DNA from: Hyphochytrium catenoides | Lineage: Eukaryota; Protista; Hyphochytriomycota | Direction: 5' to 3' | Length of the DNA stretch: 64,000 nucleotides | Assembly (NCBI GenBank): GCA_900088475.1 | Contig: FLMG01002456.1 | Span: forward strand, 62,001-126,000 | Part shown: in pieces, positions 1 through 15,877 of the stretch | Numbering within the stretch: position 1 is the stretch's first letter | How the letters are laid out: every line of letters starts with the position of its first letter | Notes under the pieces: generated by a model | What the model was told of the DNA's origin: nothing | The model's database searches: none | The model's input: only the letters and a program-made list of their open reading frames with translations | Position numbers and translations under genes: made by a program

Positions 1-2532
1 CCGTATACGGCGCAGAGACGGACCAAGCGTCGAAGGACGCAGCTAACGTGAGCGCCAAACGCGCCTGATCAGAAGAGCAGGGACATGCTGTAAGACGGAG
101 GTCACATTTTGACAAGTGTTGAGGACAGACGCTAAAATGGACTTGGTCGCAGGGAGTACCGAAGGGAATGTGGAGCATGAACAGTCAATATTCGCAATTA
201 CAACGCAGATTTACCTGTATACGTATGAGCTTCATCGATAACAACAAATCTACATGTTTGAGCGTAGGTGAGAGATGTGACAGGCTTTATCATTGCAGAA
301 GAAGGAGGGCTAGCAAACAAGAGACAACACTACTGCTTAGCTCCCTCTCCTTAACTCTTTACTTACCTCAAAGCCTGCAACACTCTTTTCCACTGCTTAT
401 GCTGAGGAAGCAGAGATATGTGAATTATGTCAGGATTGGTGAGAATCACGTTACTCTCTTTGCGCGTGACGTCTCGATTAGCGTGTGAGGTATCCCCGTC
501 CTAGCATAGAGCGCATGTAAGACACTCGTCTGAATAAGATCCCAATATCTTACCCCGACCTCCCTAACATCTAGCCATTTTATTGAAACGACAAAGGCAG
601 AATAATGAACAGGACACTAATAGAGATCGAGGTCAGAGTATGTATATCAACAGAGAAAGAGTAACGTGTCATTGATAATGGTTATCTCACATAAGTAGAT
701 ATCTTCACCATCCGCTCTTCGGTAAGCCTGCCCGCTGCGAAGTCCTGTAATGAACGGAGTTGATCTTGCGCGAGGGCCTAGGAATAGGTAAGGTTCGACA
801 AGCGTTAACAACTATTAGGAAAAGGAACCAGACGACCAGCAGCGAGGGTGTTGCCCCAGACGCCATTTCCTGGGCTCACGAGGTGCAGGCGAGCTACGCC
901 ACATCAGGTGCTCTAATCCTTTTTCTATTGCCTCTGGCCTAAGCCCATTGCCTATTTCTCTCACTTCATCGGCACTGCTTACTTCTCCCTCAAGTCAACT
1001 TTTCCATGGGGCGCGAGTACCTTCGTTGGGAAAATAAAGAGCGAAACTGAACCTGGATCATCTAGAATTGAAGAAAGGACTGGGATGGTATAGACCATAG
1101 ATTTCCCGCTAGAGGTGGAGGTGGAGATGGTGACATGGTGGCCCTGGATAGCAGCTGCAATGCCAGTAACCTGTTCTCACTCATTAGGATGCCTGGGTGA
1201 ATACAGAGGTATGCTATCGACTTACTTGGTGCCGAAATAGCTTCTTGACTCCTTTCCTTTCAAGAGAAGCCTTCAATAACGGATGAAGAGGAAGGGGGAG
1301 GTCTGCGAAGGTCGCCTCACGAGAAGGTATCACCTCCACGTGAACAATCTGGTCCGAGTAGGATGGAAGCCCTTCAAGCTTCTCTATCGCGTTCAGCATT
1401 GTGCTTTCCTCTCCCAATCCTCCAGCGTTTTGCCGTGCTTGTCTGGTGGCAGATGGACGTATTACTAAGCAGGCTTCACAATTGATGTCTTAAATGACAG
1501 GCCGGGGAATTTGGCCGCAAAGACGATCACGTGTACCGTATGAGCTTCGAGAAGGGACGAAAGGTAAGAATCGATTTTCCTTCTTTGACTCTTACGTTAC
1601 TTCGTTCTTGGGATGCAGGGGCACGTCTTGTCCAGCTGGTGTCTCCTTATTCCCCAACCCTACCTCCCCTAGCGGATGCTGGGGGCAAGGAAGTAGAGGA
1701 GGCCTAACGGTAAGTGTATCAAAAGCTGGATGCAGCTTATTCAGGTTGTCGGCGCTATACCCGGATTCAACGCCTAAAGGTCGATGCAAGTGTTAGAGGC
1801 TCAGTTCACCGTACCATAGCGACTTCTGCTCTGCTCAACCTGCCTCACCCTGGTGCTGTCCAAGAAATCGGCTGTACGCGCTCCGTAGTATGCTAACCAG
1901 CAACTTCGTAGCAGCTTCCTTCCTCTTCTTCTGCGCCCGGGTACCAAGGGGACCTGTAAGAGTGAACTATACGAAGACGGTGACCTCATAGCCGCACAAA
2001 TAAGAACGCTGCAAAATTCTTCACCTGTAGCTGAAAACTCTCTCGATCCTCACTGCCCTGAGGGACGAAGGTGTAGTTCTCGCAAGGCACATACTGAAGC
2101 TGGCCGACGCGGAGAGCTGCCAGATGCTGTAAATCCTCAGTGGTGATCTGGAGGATTCGACATAGACGTAACTATTGAGAAGAGGAACATAGAGAAAGGG
2201 CCGACTTACCTCGAGTGTATTACCGGAAAAAGATTGTGCCAGGGTCTTGATGTTCTTAACACTGGGGGCCAACTTTCCCCGTGTTAGAAAGCTGACAGCA
2301 ATCTCTACCGTTGATAAAACCTTGAGAAGGCGCAGGAAGTGGGCTGGCAGATCAACATCCTCTTGTCTCGCTGCTCGGCATGGGGAAGGGATGAGTCCGG
2401 AAGGAGGTAAAGTTTATAACGGCATCAACTTCGCCCAGGCACACCTTCCTTTGATGGGGTCCGAGACTTCTTGGCCTTGGTCTCGCTCCCACCAGCAGCA
2501 GGACTGCCTCCTTCCCGCTTCTTCTTCATCAT
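1..2532 (-). CDS. HRQ1: RecQ4-related DEAH-box DNA helicase Hrq1 (multi-exon, runs off the window start)
   Basis: Spliced minus-strand exons give QIVHVEVIPSREATF..LHPLLKASLERKGVKKLFRHQ, motif I STSTSSGKS, FIFPTK|ALAQDQ, DGDT, ILTNPDIIH and VVIDEAHTYTG|AFGAHVSCVLRRL, typical of Hrq1/YprA. The start codon is tentative. Confidence 0.9.
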
Positions 2533-3153
2533 GAGAGGCGCAACCACCTTCTTCGGTGACTAGGGGTAGTGTCAGGTAGAGCGCTTACCCTGTTGCGGTT
2601 TGGTCTGGAAGAATAGTCTCCTCCACAGCGCGTACAGCTTCCGAATTGTCTGGGGCGGGTCAGGATGTCGAGCGAATGAACAAGTGGGCTTGAGATGTGG
2701 GCGAGAAGGCCAGGAGCGAGGAGGGTAGATGAGGCAATGATCGTGATAAACTTCCCACAGCAAAAAAATAAGAACTCACATCACCAACATTGCTTATAGG
2801 TGAGAGGCTCTAACAACGCGTGTTGAGGCTGGTTACTTATTACTACCAAAGACTGGGGAGTGGCGTCGGCTACCCTACTCTGGTAGCGTCATCAAGAGCT
2901 TGGCGGGAGTTGTGAGACAACCCAAAGCCCCCGCCTCGCCTCCCACAGATCTTCTGTTCTGAGGTAAGAACCGCTCGCAGCATTTCGCTTCTCCGATTTA
3001 AGAGATTTGCTGGCTGGTTTCGGCCCAACATACACAAGTCGGAATCTGACGATCAGAAAGCCCTTGACGAGCTTCAGCTGATGCTGGGCTCTAGGGCTCT
3101 CAAAGCGGAGGTGAGCTCAGGCTGTGGCGCTCACAGTTTCATATAGAGTAGTG

Positions 3154-5006
3154 ATGACGCCCTTCCCTCTGGTCTTTCGCGTGGTCATCGGCCACACGGC
3201 CAGAAGAGAATGGATACGGGCTCGCCCTTTCAGCAATCTGAGTAGGGGAGACAGTAAGTACGCGATGTTCCCGCGTCTAGAAGGGACAGCTACGCATGAA
3301 GGTTGTCAAAATTTCCTGAAACGGCACGGCGTCCAGACAGCCTTTCAGATACCGCACACAGGGTTCGCAGTAAGCCGTGTCGGCTTTGGCAGTCCTTGGT
3401 CAGGTAGCATCCCCATAGACCAGATGCTTGCCTTACAGGATGCAATAGCGCTTGGGAAGACAAATTTCATTCAGGTTGGTTCGGCATACGTGATCTTCTC
3501 TTATCTTTGATTCACGGCACTCTTCCCAGCTTCAAAGCCCTCCTCCAGGTTGGCGGACTCTTGGAGAGGTAAGAGAGTTAGAAGCACCTCGACAGAAAGG
3601 CGCCTATAGTCTGAGTTGGACTCCAATATGCAGGATGTCATGCGACAGCCGTACCCTAAGGACCCTCATGCCTCATGGGAGGCGACGGCAATACAACGTT
3701 CCATAGCTAGGGGAAAGGTCAAGCGCGAAGAGCTTGTCCTTTGTGGGCTTCTTGCTAGCAAGGATACTGATCAGCGTACGTACACTCTACAGATGTTGGA
3801 GGTGTTGGCAATATACATATCGACTCCCCGTGGTGGCTCTAGGCGTGTCACGGTTCTTGGATCACGGTTATATTGCGGGGGAGTTAAGGAGAACTTTGGA
3901 GCACTTGCAAGCGGATGCCCTTGACGGGCTGATAGTTCAAGTGCCCACTCTGAGAGGCTCTGGCATCACCCATCGTCAACTCTCGGAACACTTAGTGCAA
4001 GCGATTACCTGTCTCGAAGACGAGGTCTGTAAAGGACGAATCAAGTTCTACGGCTTCAGTAGTGCCACGGATTTCTCCCTTGCGGACGAAGCCACAAGCG
4101 GTGACCTAAATCAAGCGGCAGAAGCCATATCCCTTCCAAGACTCTTACATCTTGTAGAGGCTCAGACAGGGGTGGACGAGCACCACATGCGACTTTTGCA
4201 ATACAGACTGAACATCAACGAGGCTCAGAACTACTTCAAGGGTCTGCAGCACTGGTGTAAGGGAAAGAATATCGGCTGTATTGCAGACCAGCCCCTACAG
4301 ACCTTGGACAGGAGACGCGCCCTTATCCGCTTTGAGCCGCAACTGCAGGAGCAGAATCCCGAGGAGGTGGTCAAAAGAGTCAACGAGGCTATGAACAAGG
4401 CTCTATTCTGGGAAAAACAGTATGAGGAGCTGTTCAAAAGTGGCAAGATCCCGGGAGATCTGCCGGAACCCAGGGACGTGATGTGGGCACATAGCCTGGG
4501 TAGTCAGCGTGGGAAGATTCGGACGTACTCCGAGTGGCTACATGCTGAAGCCACAGTGGTGAAGCCCCGTCTCCTCGAAACTGTGCAGGCACTACGAGCT
4601 CGCCAAGAAGCGCGACCGTGGGTGGACGCGTACTTGGAACTCATCGCAGATGTACTAAAAGCCTTCGATACCTGGACCATGGTAAGTCTACACCGTCTTG
4701 ACGTCAGTGAAAGTGATGATTGACAAATGGAAACACTGTATCTAGTGGGAATCCTATCCTCATCAGCAGGCGATGATAGAGCTCGCTGATAGACTTGCCC
4801 CATCATTGGAATCTAGTCCGAAGCTAAGCCACAAGGCACTCCGAGTGTTAATGTCGTCTGGTGCAGATCTACTTCTGACCGAGAGTGATCCTGAAGATAG
4901 AGCTGTCTTAAGTGAGGCCGACATGTTGATCAGCAAGGAGCAGAGCGAGAGTATTTATCGAAACTTTACTGTGGACTTTGATGGAGAGTCTGAAGCGAAT
5001 AAGTGA
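3154..5006 (+). CDS. Aldo/keto reductase-fold protein with C-terminal extension, probably catalytically inactive and mitochondrion-targeted (multi-exon)
   Basis: GTATHEG..F, VSRVGFG, KREELVLC, ELRRTLEHLQADALDGLIVQVP, LEDEVCKGRIKFYGFSS and LLQYRLNI match an AKR TIM barrel. The N-terminus is Arg-rich. Confidence 0.7.
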
Positions 5007-5490
5007 TTCCAGTATATACCTTCTACACGCAACATTAGCCACTGACCACCGTCTCCTGGGCAAAGAAAGATTGGAGAATGCGATATGCTTCTAGCAGGAA
5101 GAAGACAGGACACGAGTTTACTTTTAGGACGATGAGCAGCGTCCACAGCGACGCATTACAACGACGCATCACAATTTCTACGTTCCCTAGCCTATCAGGT
5201 CGTTTTCTCTGGTGCCGCCGTTTCTGCTGTATATACTCTAGCTCCTTGGCCTTGTTCTAATGCCCTAGACTAGCAACAATGATTGTTACCCACTTCTTGG
5301 CCTTCATCGCTGCGCCGTTGGTCGGGTCGAAGACTGGCAAACTTCGCGATAACGAACTCTGGACAGCGAGGATGTTGGGGAAGAAGATGTGAACTGCCAA
5401 AAGCAAAGCTTGAAAAGCCAAAAGCGGCATTCTTGATAGGATGTGCCCACTGTACTGGATTCGGAATAGGACTAACTTGATAGCCAGCCT

Positions 5491-5526
5491 ATTTCAAATT
5501 ACGTAAAACAATTTGAATTCCCGCCC
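5491..5526 (+). promoter_or_regulatory. E2F-like site (TTCCCGCC) with adjacent CHR hexamers (TTCAAA, TTTGAA) upstream of MCM3
   Basis: TTCAAA 5493-5498, TTTGAA 5512-5517, TTCCCGCC 5518-5525, about 500 bp before the MCM3 ATG. Confidence 0.5.
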
Positions 5527-6020
5527 AACGTAAGAGAACGACGAAGTTCACAGCCGCCAGATGACGGTGGAGACTGTGGAGTCTGTTCAGTGAAGACTCG
5601 ACAACTGCTGCGACTTGGAGACTCATCACTCCGATGACGGAGAGAACTAGCCTCTTATTACCCGGGAATCAATCGCTCCAGCACAGGTCGCCTGATCACT
5701 AAGTACTACTCTACGCGCAGTCTGTCAAAACGATCTCTACGAGACAAGTGCCTTTTTCCTCGGTTCTCTGTTCAACGTCTAAAGCCCGCTTGTTGATACT
5801 CTCCTTGACGTTGCCCAGTGGATGGGAGTGCGATGCAAGGGTTTTCTTGATGAAGCATAATCTGGTAGCAACTGTCATTATCGCAAGACTGTGACGGACA
5901 GCTCATCTCCGCGTATCGGCCGGCAAAGTGGGAGTAGCCGCATTGCTAGCATACTGACGAGGCCCACGAGGAGCAAAACTCCACGTTAGAGTTAGCACTG
6001 ACCCAAATTGTTGGGCCACT

Positions 6021-9271
<3,251 letters not shown>

Positions 9272-9555
9272 CGATAAGAGGAGTTTGTTCTCTTTCTCCT
9301 TTCCTCTTCTTGACGCACCATTGTCCAAAGCCTCAACCTGTACCATACAGAGGGCAAGGTAGGAGGAGGCTTTGTGTTGCCTCCCAGAAAGCGTCTTAAG
9401 GCTGGGGCTATTGGTCCTCTATGCCATCTCTATTATTTGGTGGTTGAACTATAAATATCATGCCCACAACTCGGGATCGAAACTTTTTTGGCCTTTGTTC
9501 CTTAGATACGATCTTCCCGTGGGTCAGTATCCCCCTATCGCTCCACTGCCCCATT

Positions 9556-12500
9556 CTAGGGCAGAATTCCATTCGAGCGCTTCTGGAAGTTGTCGTACCT
9601 GAAAAGTCAAAGAGAGAGGTTAAGGCATGGAACCAGCGACATATTTATCGTAAAGGTGGCGAGAGGACAGCAGAGCTAGAAATATATGGTCGCTATCCTG
9701 CGGGCATCGTGCGGCCCAAGTCCGAAGAACCGTCACACTAGAGAGTCTACACCCCAGTGAACGCCCAACCAAAGGATAGGATCAGAAACACTTACTGCGT
9801 CGTTCCCCAGTGGTTGTAGNNNNNNNNNNNNNNNNNNNNNNNNNNNNNNNNNNNNNNNNNNNNNNNNNNNNNNNNNNNNNNNNNNACGCAACAAGGGCCA
9901 GGATCTTCTGACAGTTTCGGCGGGCGGCAGCAAATCCCGCTAGGAACTTCTGTTGATACTCAATAAAACCCTGGGATCCCAGTCCTCCCATGATGTCGAC
10001 CATCTCTACCGTCAGCTTGAACGGAGCTGTTTCCAAACTGAAGCGGCCACCTAATCACAAGCACTGAGTGCGACAGCCAAAGAGGGTCTATCTAGAGGAG
10101 GTACAAACGAGATGTGACAAGGATTGAGCGGGCTTATCCCGGACCAGCAGAAGCTATGAGCCTAACTAGTGAAAAGGATAGGGGCAAAGGACAACTCTTC
10201 ACTGACATCATACCTGGTGCTATTCCTAGTATGAACCCGAAGTCAATATGAATGACATGACCGTCCTTATCCACCATGATGTTTCCATTGTGCCGGTCTT
10301 TGATCTGAAGAAAGTAACAGACGGCGCTGTACGCAGCCATAGAGCTGATAAAGTTTGCGCGCGCGTTTTCAAAGTCGGGTGAGCCTTCAGGCCCAAATCT
10401 CTCAAGGAAATATCCCCACAATCCTCCTTCTCCTGTCTTCTCCTGCTGCTTCTTCTTGACGCCGTCAATGGAGTTAGAGTCATGCAGAGTCTCAATTAAG
10501 CCAACACTAGGGCCCGTACAGACAATCCTGTGAGAGGGAGAGCCAGCGCTGCGGTTAGAATGGCGGCACAATGTGTAACCTCCTTCCCACCTAAACGTAA
10601 GTAAAAACTTGTTTGAAGCATTCGGGCATTTTCAAGCCTATGTGGATTTTAGATCAGGAGATCGATGAAGCGATTTAGCTTCTCTCGAATGCCCAATTCT
10701 TACCTGTACGGAAGGAGCCAGAGGTCCAGATTGTTCTCTAGGAAGATATTGTTGAACATGTCGATGAGTTGGAGCGTGAACACTTCCTGGCGCATGTCGT
10801 CGAACGACTTCGCAATGACTGACTGCATACTCCATCCTGGAAGGTGGCCATGCGGCGACACGGCGCGTCGCTTCGCAATCTACAGGGAGCAAAACCTGAC
10901 TAAGAACGGACCATCTAAGCCTTTTAGCTTAAACGAATCCCTCGCTCTTAGCAGATTATAAACGTCAAGCCGCTCACAGCTGGAATGTTTCTGAATCTAC
11001 TTGCGGTCTGGGTCCCGGCCCAAATGTCCTCACTTTTTATCCCTGTTGCACATGCGCTCTTTCTAACGGGCTTCCCTTACCTTGTCTTCCCAAGTCTCGA
11101 AGATGGCTCCGTTAGCATCGGTCTCTTCTGGTTCGGATGGCGGGGGTGCAGGCCTGCTACCGGGAACAGGGTCAGCGGCTCATGGGCGTTGCTAGCTAAT
11201 CAGGCGGTCGCGGTCGGCGTCTGGGCAAAAGTTTCTCGGGTATACCTTTCCTTGAGTAGATTCTCAAAATGCTCCATCTTGGAGGAATCCGAAGTAAGAT
11301 CGTCAAACTCGCTTTCCTCAGATCTTTCCGAGTGAGTTCTCATTCCCCCAATTGCTTGAAGAATCATCTGCATTTGTCCTATTGATATGGCATGGTAAAA
11401 AACCAGCATGGCCTTTCACTAGGAACTAGAAATTGATCACCTTCTTCTTCCGCTTCTTCAGGATTATCGCCTGAAGCAGCGATGCCCTTTCGTACGCTTC
11501 CAACCTAAGATTGAAGGCGAGCTTTATGTCCGGAACCACTATCCAAGCCATTCAAGGATAAAATTTCTAGTTCTCTTTCGAGCTCTCTCTCTCATACTCC
11601 GTCCCAGGTCAATCCGTCTCATCTCATTCCGCCTCAGCCCCATCGTTTGCCACCGCATACTCAAGGGATCATCTTACAATCTTCACCACAATTCTTTAAC
11701 ATTTGTACCCTGACTGACCTTCTGCAAAGCGTTGAGCTTGGATTTGCCCTTGGTGTCCGCGGGATTTGAGTTACCCTTATCTGAAGGCGCATAAAGAGTT
11801 TTACATACAGGTTCGGACGTGCACAGGACTTCGAATGCAACCAGCGTTGGTGCCCGCGCCTTCGTTGAGAAGACTGTGCTGTCAGACTCGACAACTTCAA
11901 TTATCTAAGAGATAGGGACAACAACTACAATGAGCCTTATTGAAACCGTCAAAGTAAGAAATGGGCATCGCTGAGACCCACGGATAGAACTTTGTTCAAG
12001 CGCATTGGGGAGAATCATACGAAGAATGAACTAAGGAACAGCAACATAAACAAGAAGATCCAAACTGCTCTCATTAGAAGATGGTCTCTACGGTTCAACA
12101 AAGGCGAGGATCAAGATACATCCTTCAGCCAGAGAAAGCAGTGAATTCCTCTTGATCACGGCCATAGACACCCCTAAGCTTTCCTCACACCTTCTTCAAG
12201 GGATCTCCGCCACTGCACGTGGGAATGTACAATGTGCCCTTAAGGTGCTCGCGGAATTCGCCAAGCTTTGATGGTAGAATCTTCTTCCTTTCTGACCTTT
12301 CCACGTGGCGAAGGTCCTCCGCTATGTCGGTCAGGTGCTTGACGAAGTTGGCCATGCCTGTAGAGTTGCGACATATTAGCCGGCCACACCCCATAGCATA
12401 CCTAGCCGCATCTGCCAAATGACGCCTACCCTCGAAACAAAGCTCTGATGCGTCACCCGCGAAGCTGGAACTGGCAGTGCTTTGGCTCATCCTCGACGCG

Positions 12501-15500
12501 TTTGAAGGGGTAAGGGAAGGCCCATCGCATGTTTGTCCTTCAACGCCAATCGTCTTCAGTTTCCCACTCAGATGACCCGAAAGTCCAGATCTAAGGTTTG
12601 ACCGTCAGAATTGGCATCTGCTTGCGCCGTTAAAGGAGAATCTTAGTTACCGAGTTCCCTGGTAGCCTCTAGGCTCGAAAGCATCCGTGTCTTCGGGATA
12701 GATGCTGAGGGCGTCAAAAAGAGTTCCTGCAGCCTCATGTTGAAGGATAGCGGCTCGGCAGGACGTTATATCCTGGTAAAAGCATTGAAGACAAGGTTGG
12801 TTCTAGGCAGAGCTATAAAACGCCCCGTCAAAAGGGGAAGTCGGTCTCTTTTCCTGAGCCCAAGGCTCATGTCGTATATAGTAACCATGCGACGAAGAAC
12901 TGAGAGATCCAGAAGCAAAAGGGTCAATCCAATAGCTCGTCGAGTACAGCAGAGTATGAAAGAAGATATAAACAAGCACAGCAGAGTAACAGCGATGGTA
13001 GAGGGCGCCCCTATTAGGGACTAGAGATGGTGTCACCTCATCTGAATCAGCGAAGAGCCAGTTCCAGAAGAGAATTGAAGGCATTTTGGCTTCAAAAGAC
13101 TGGACCGCAATCTCCATCTCCGCATAGACACCGGTCATGTGCTCCATCTGGTGCTGGGGGACATCTCGCAGCCAAAGATCAGAGAAAAGACCAAATTCCT
13201 CGGCTGAAACCACCATTAGAAGCATGAAAAAACACTGGTGAGCCAGCAAGAAATTGCTGCTTTGGACAGCGTCGTCGTAAATCGCCAGGAACTCCCACGC
13301 CGCTAAGAGCTTCAAATGCGGGCTTCGCCGAGCGATGGCGCGGATGAAGTAGGAGTAGAGAACCAGCTGTAGCGTACAAAGTGCCGTGGTGGGTTAAAAA
13401 GGCCATCTTTATAGAGAACTACACAGTGGCAAACAGAGCTTCTGCAGAAAAGGCGCAAAGGACCATTCGAGAGCCGTACAGGCCGATGAAAAGCATAAGA
13501 ACTTCAAGGACGTGCAAGGGATAGAAAAGGAAGGTTTTGCTGACTATGTACCTGGACTCGATTAAACCGTTCTCCAAACGATATCATGAGACTTCGCACA
13601 AAGCCCGTCAACTGCGTCCAATAGAACTCAATCTCTTGGTTGTGGCATTCCACGAACCTGAGGTGCCAAAAGGCGTAGATCTGATTAGACGACATGCAAT
13701 CCTCTTCCATAAGGGCCCAGACGACCAATCACCTCGTCATTTGGGCCAAAACAACGACAAATGGCTCAGGTTTGTCCCTAAGGAAGTGTAGAAGCGAGAG
13801 ACCATAGAGCAGGTCGAAATTTTTGCTCTGCATGAGTTTAGTGATCTGGTCTCTGACACTTGGCTTCAGCACAGAACCTGCTCACGGAGACGGAAAAGTA
13901 ACGCTTAGTAACTTGAAGTCATGACTCTGGCGCGTTCAGCGAGATATTGCTTGGTGGCGTATCACCACATACCCAATCCGGCGTACACAAGCAAGCCTTC
14001 AATAATTAGGGCAAAAGCGCGCTTGACGCACCTCTTACAATAGAGTCTACATGCCCGTCAAACTCATCTAATGTGCGCACGAAGTGCATAAGAACAAAGA
14101 TGAAGTTGATAAAGTCCTGACGTTGATAGCACTGATCGCAGACAGCAACGGGATCGCATTCGCCGAGCTGCGGTAACAGAATCTGGCGGCTACAATGCGG
14201 TAGACAGTAGGGCAGGCAACAACTGACACAATACTCGCGACGCTTAGAGACCTACAAGTTCCGACGACTGTTAGCCCAATGGGGTCGATATGACTATATT
14301 CCTAAGCTAGCTTCTCAAGGAAGCTCCTTTCTTGAGAGTTGACAGAACTCCCTTACCGAAAATTCGACGTTACATTTGTAGCAATGCGTGTCGATGACCT
14401 TTAAGCGAGCGTAATCCTCCTTTCGAACAGCAGCGGCTAGTGCCAACATGCTGATTAGCGAGAATTCTAGTCTCATTTGAAGCCAAGACAACAGTGGGCT
14501 GCATAGGGGTTCAATTATCTTCGACCTATCTCATACCTCGAGCCTTGCGGTCCCGTCGAGCTTTTGTCCGCCGGTTCACCCAATAACCACCAATAGCGGC
14601 TCCCACGGCAGTTCCGACTACCGGAAGCAACATGCTACCCAACAGAGCGCCACCCACCACGCCCCCAGCAGTGAAGCGCCCAACCTTGAATCGTTGATAA
14701 TTGAGGTATTAGCCCATCTAAGCTGACGTCTACGATGTGGTACCTTGGTCGTCTTCCTCTTCTCTGCATCTGCTTGTAGATCTACAGCGCCCCAACTTCC
14801 GCTCCTTGAGTCTCTTTGTGAAACGTCTGATCCTGCTGGCCATTGCAGCTTTATGGCTGAGGCCACTGCCTCCATCCAACGCTGCTTCTCCTCTGGCGTC
14901 GACGCGGCGCACTTCAGAAAGTATTGATGCTAGGAGAGAGAGAGCGCGTGGCAATCAGCAACTAACTTCTCGGTTCTTATGCTCAATAGTAACCCATCAC
15001 TACGTTGATACCTTATAGGATTGGCCGACGACAATGAAGCCATTGCGGTAATGGCCAATTCGCCCCTTTCCGTCCCATTCCTCAACTGCAACCGCCCGTA
15101 TCTCTCCTAGTAAGTTCTTGCTGAGCTGGGCATCCTCTTTATGCTTGAACCACTGTACCCGTGTGCCTAAAAGAACGCAAAAGCGTTCCTTCAGATGGTG
15201 GTGGGAATTCTTAGCGAAATGCAATCGTAGCTTCAGGGGCCCTTCCAGATATGAAAGCTCTTGAGGCATAGAGACAGAAGCCTCAATATATGAGGCACTT
15301 GTCTCGGTTAAGGGCACTGTAGCAATTGAAAAATAAGAACGTTGACCGCGCTCCCGCTCAGAGAGAAGAAACATACAAACACATAGCAAATGGCAGCAAT
15401 AGACCACTTAGTAACGTACGAAAAGCCGAAATCATGGACGAAAAGGACGGCCAAGAACCGTTCACGACATCAAGCAGAAAAAGGCGGACCTGTGCTGACG

Positions 15501-15877
15501 TCCTCCGGCTTCGTCCTCATGGCAGCCTTCAAGACCTCATCTTCGTAAGCCGCCGTGGCCTCTTTTACTGCGGTGGCAAAAACTTCCATGGTCAGTTGGC
15601 TCATTTCCTGAATCTTTCCAGACCTAAGAAGGTACTCCAGGCGCTGAAGGTGCTCTAAAACATCAATGCCGTGATCCACGCGCGTCTCGGGATTAGCCAC
15701 CTCGCTGCTCCGATCTTCACCTTCCTTCAAAGAGCCAGCATACTGCCGAATAGAGGACTCGCTCTCTTGTCCATCTTCACTAAGGGAACCAAAGCTTTGA
15801 TGTCGTGAAGTCATCAGTTGGCTCTGACCAGCACTTCTCTGAGAAACGCTCTCTAGCTGATTTGAAAGCTGATCCAT
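9556..15877 (-). CDS. Type III-beta-like phosphatidylinositol 4-kinase with N-terminal PH domain, Gly-zipper hydrophobic segment and degenerate FYVE finger (multi-exon; assembly gap 9820-9885)
   Basis: Kinase motifs KSFDDMRQE, IKDRHNGNIM, HIDFGFILG, ETAPFKLT and C-terminal YDNFQKRSNGILP*. Helical domain SKNFDLLY..EIEFYWTQL. The upstream PH and FYVE-like exons splice in frame. The 5' end is uncertain. Confidence 0.88.

Noticed and set aside
895-976. Box C/D snoRNA in the long HRQ1 intron (CGATGA...CTGA on the minus strand)
   Set aside because: Box C is degenerate, the terminal stem is weak, and I found no convincing rRNA complement.
2984-3010. U2 snRNA-like start (TCGCTTCTC)
   Set aside because: Similarity ends after about 9 nt; there is no GTAGTA branch-pairing sequence or Sm site.
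9820-9885. Apparent deletion in the PI4K C-lobe (likewise RNase HII at 28746-28791)
   Set aside because: Both coincide with assembly N-gaps that are shorter than the missing conserved sequence.
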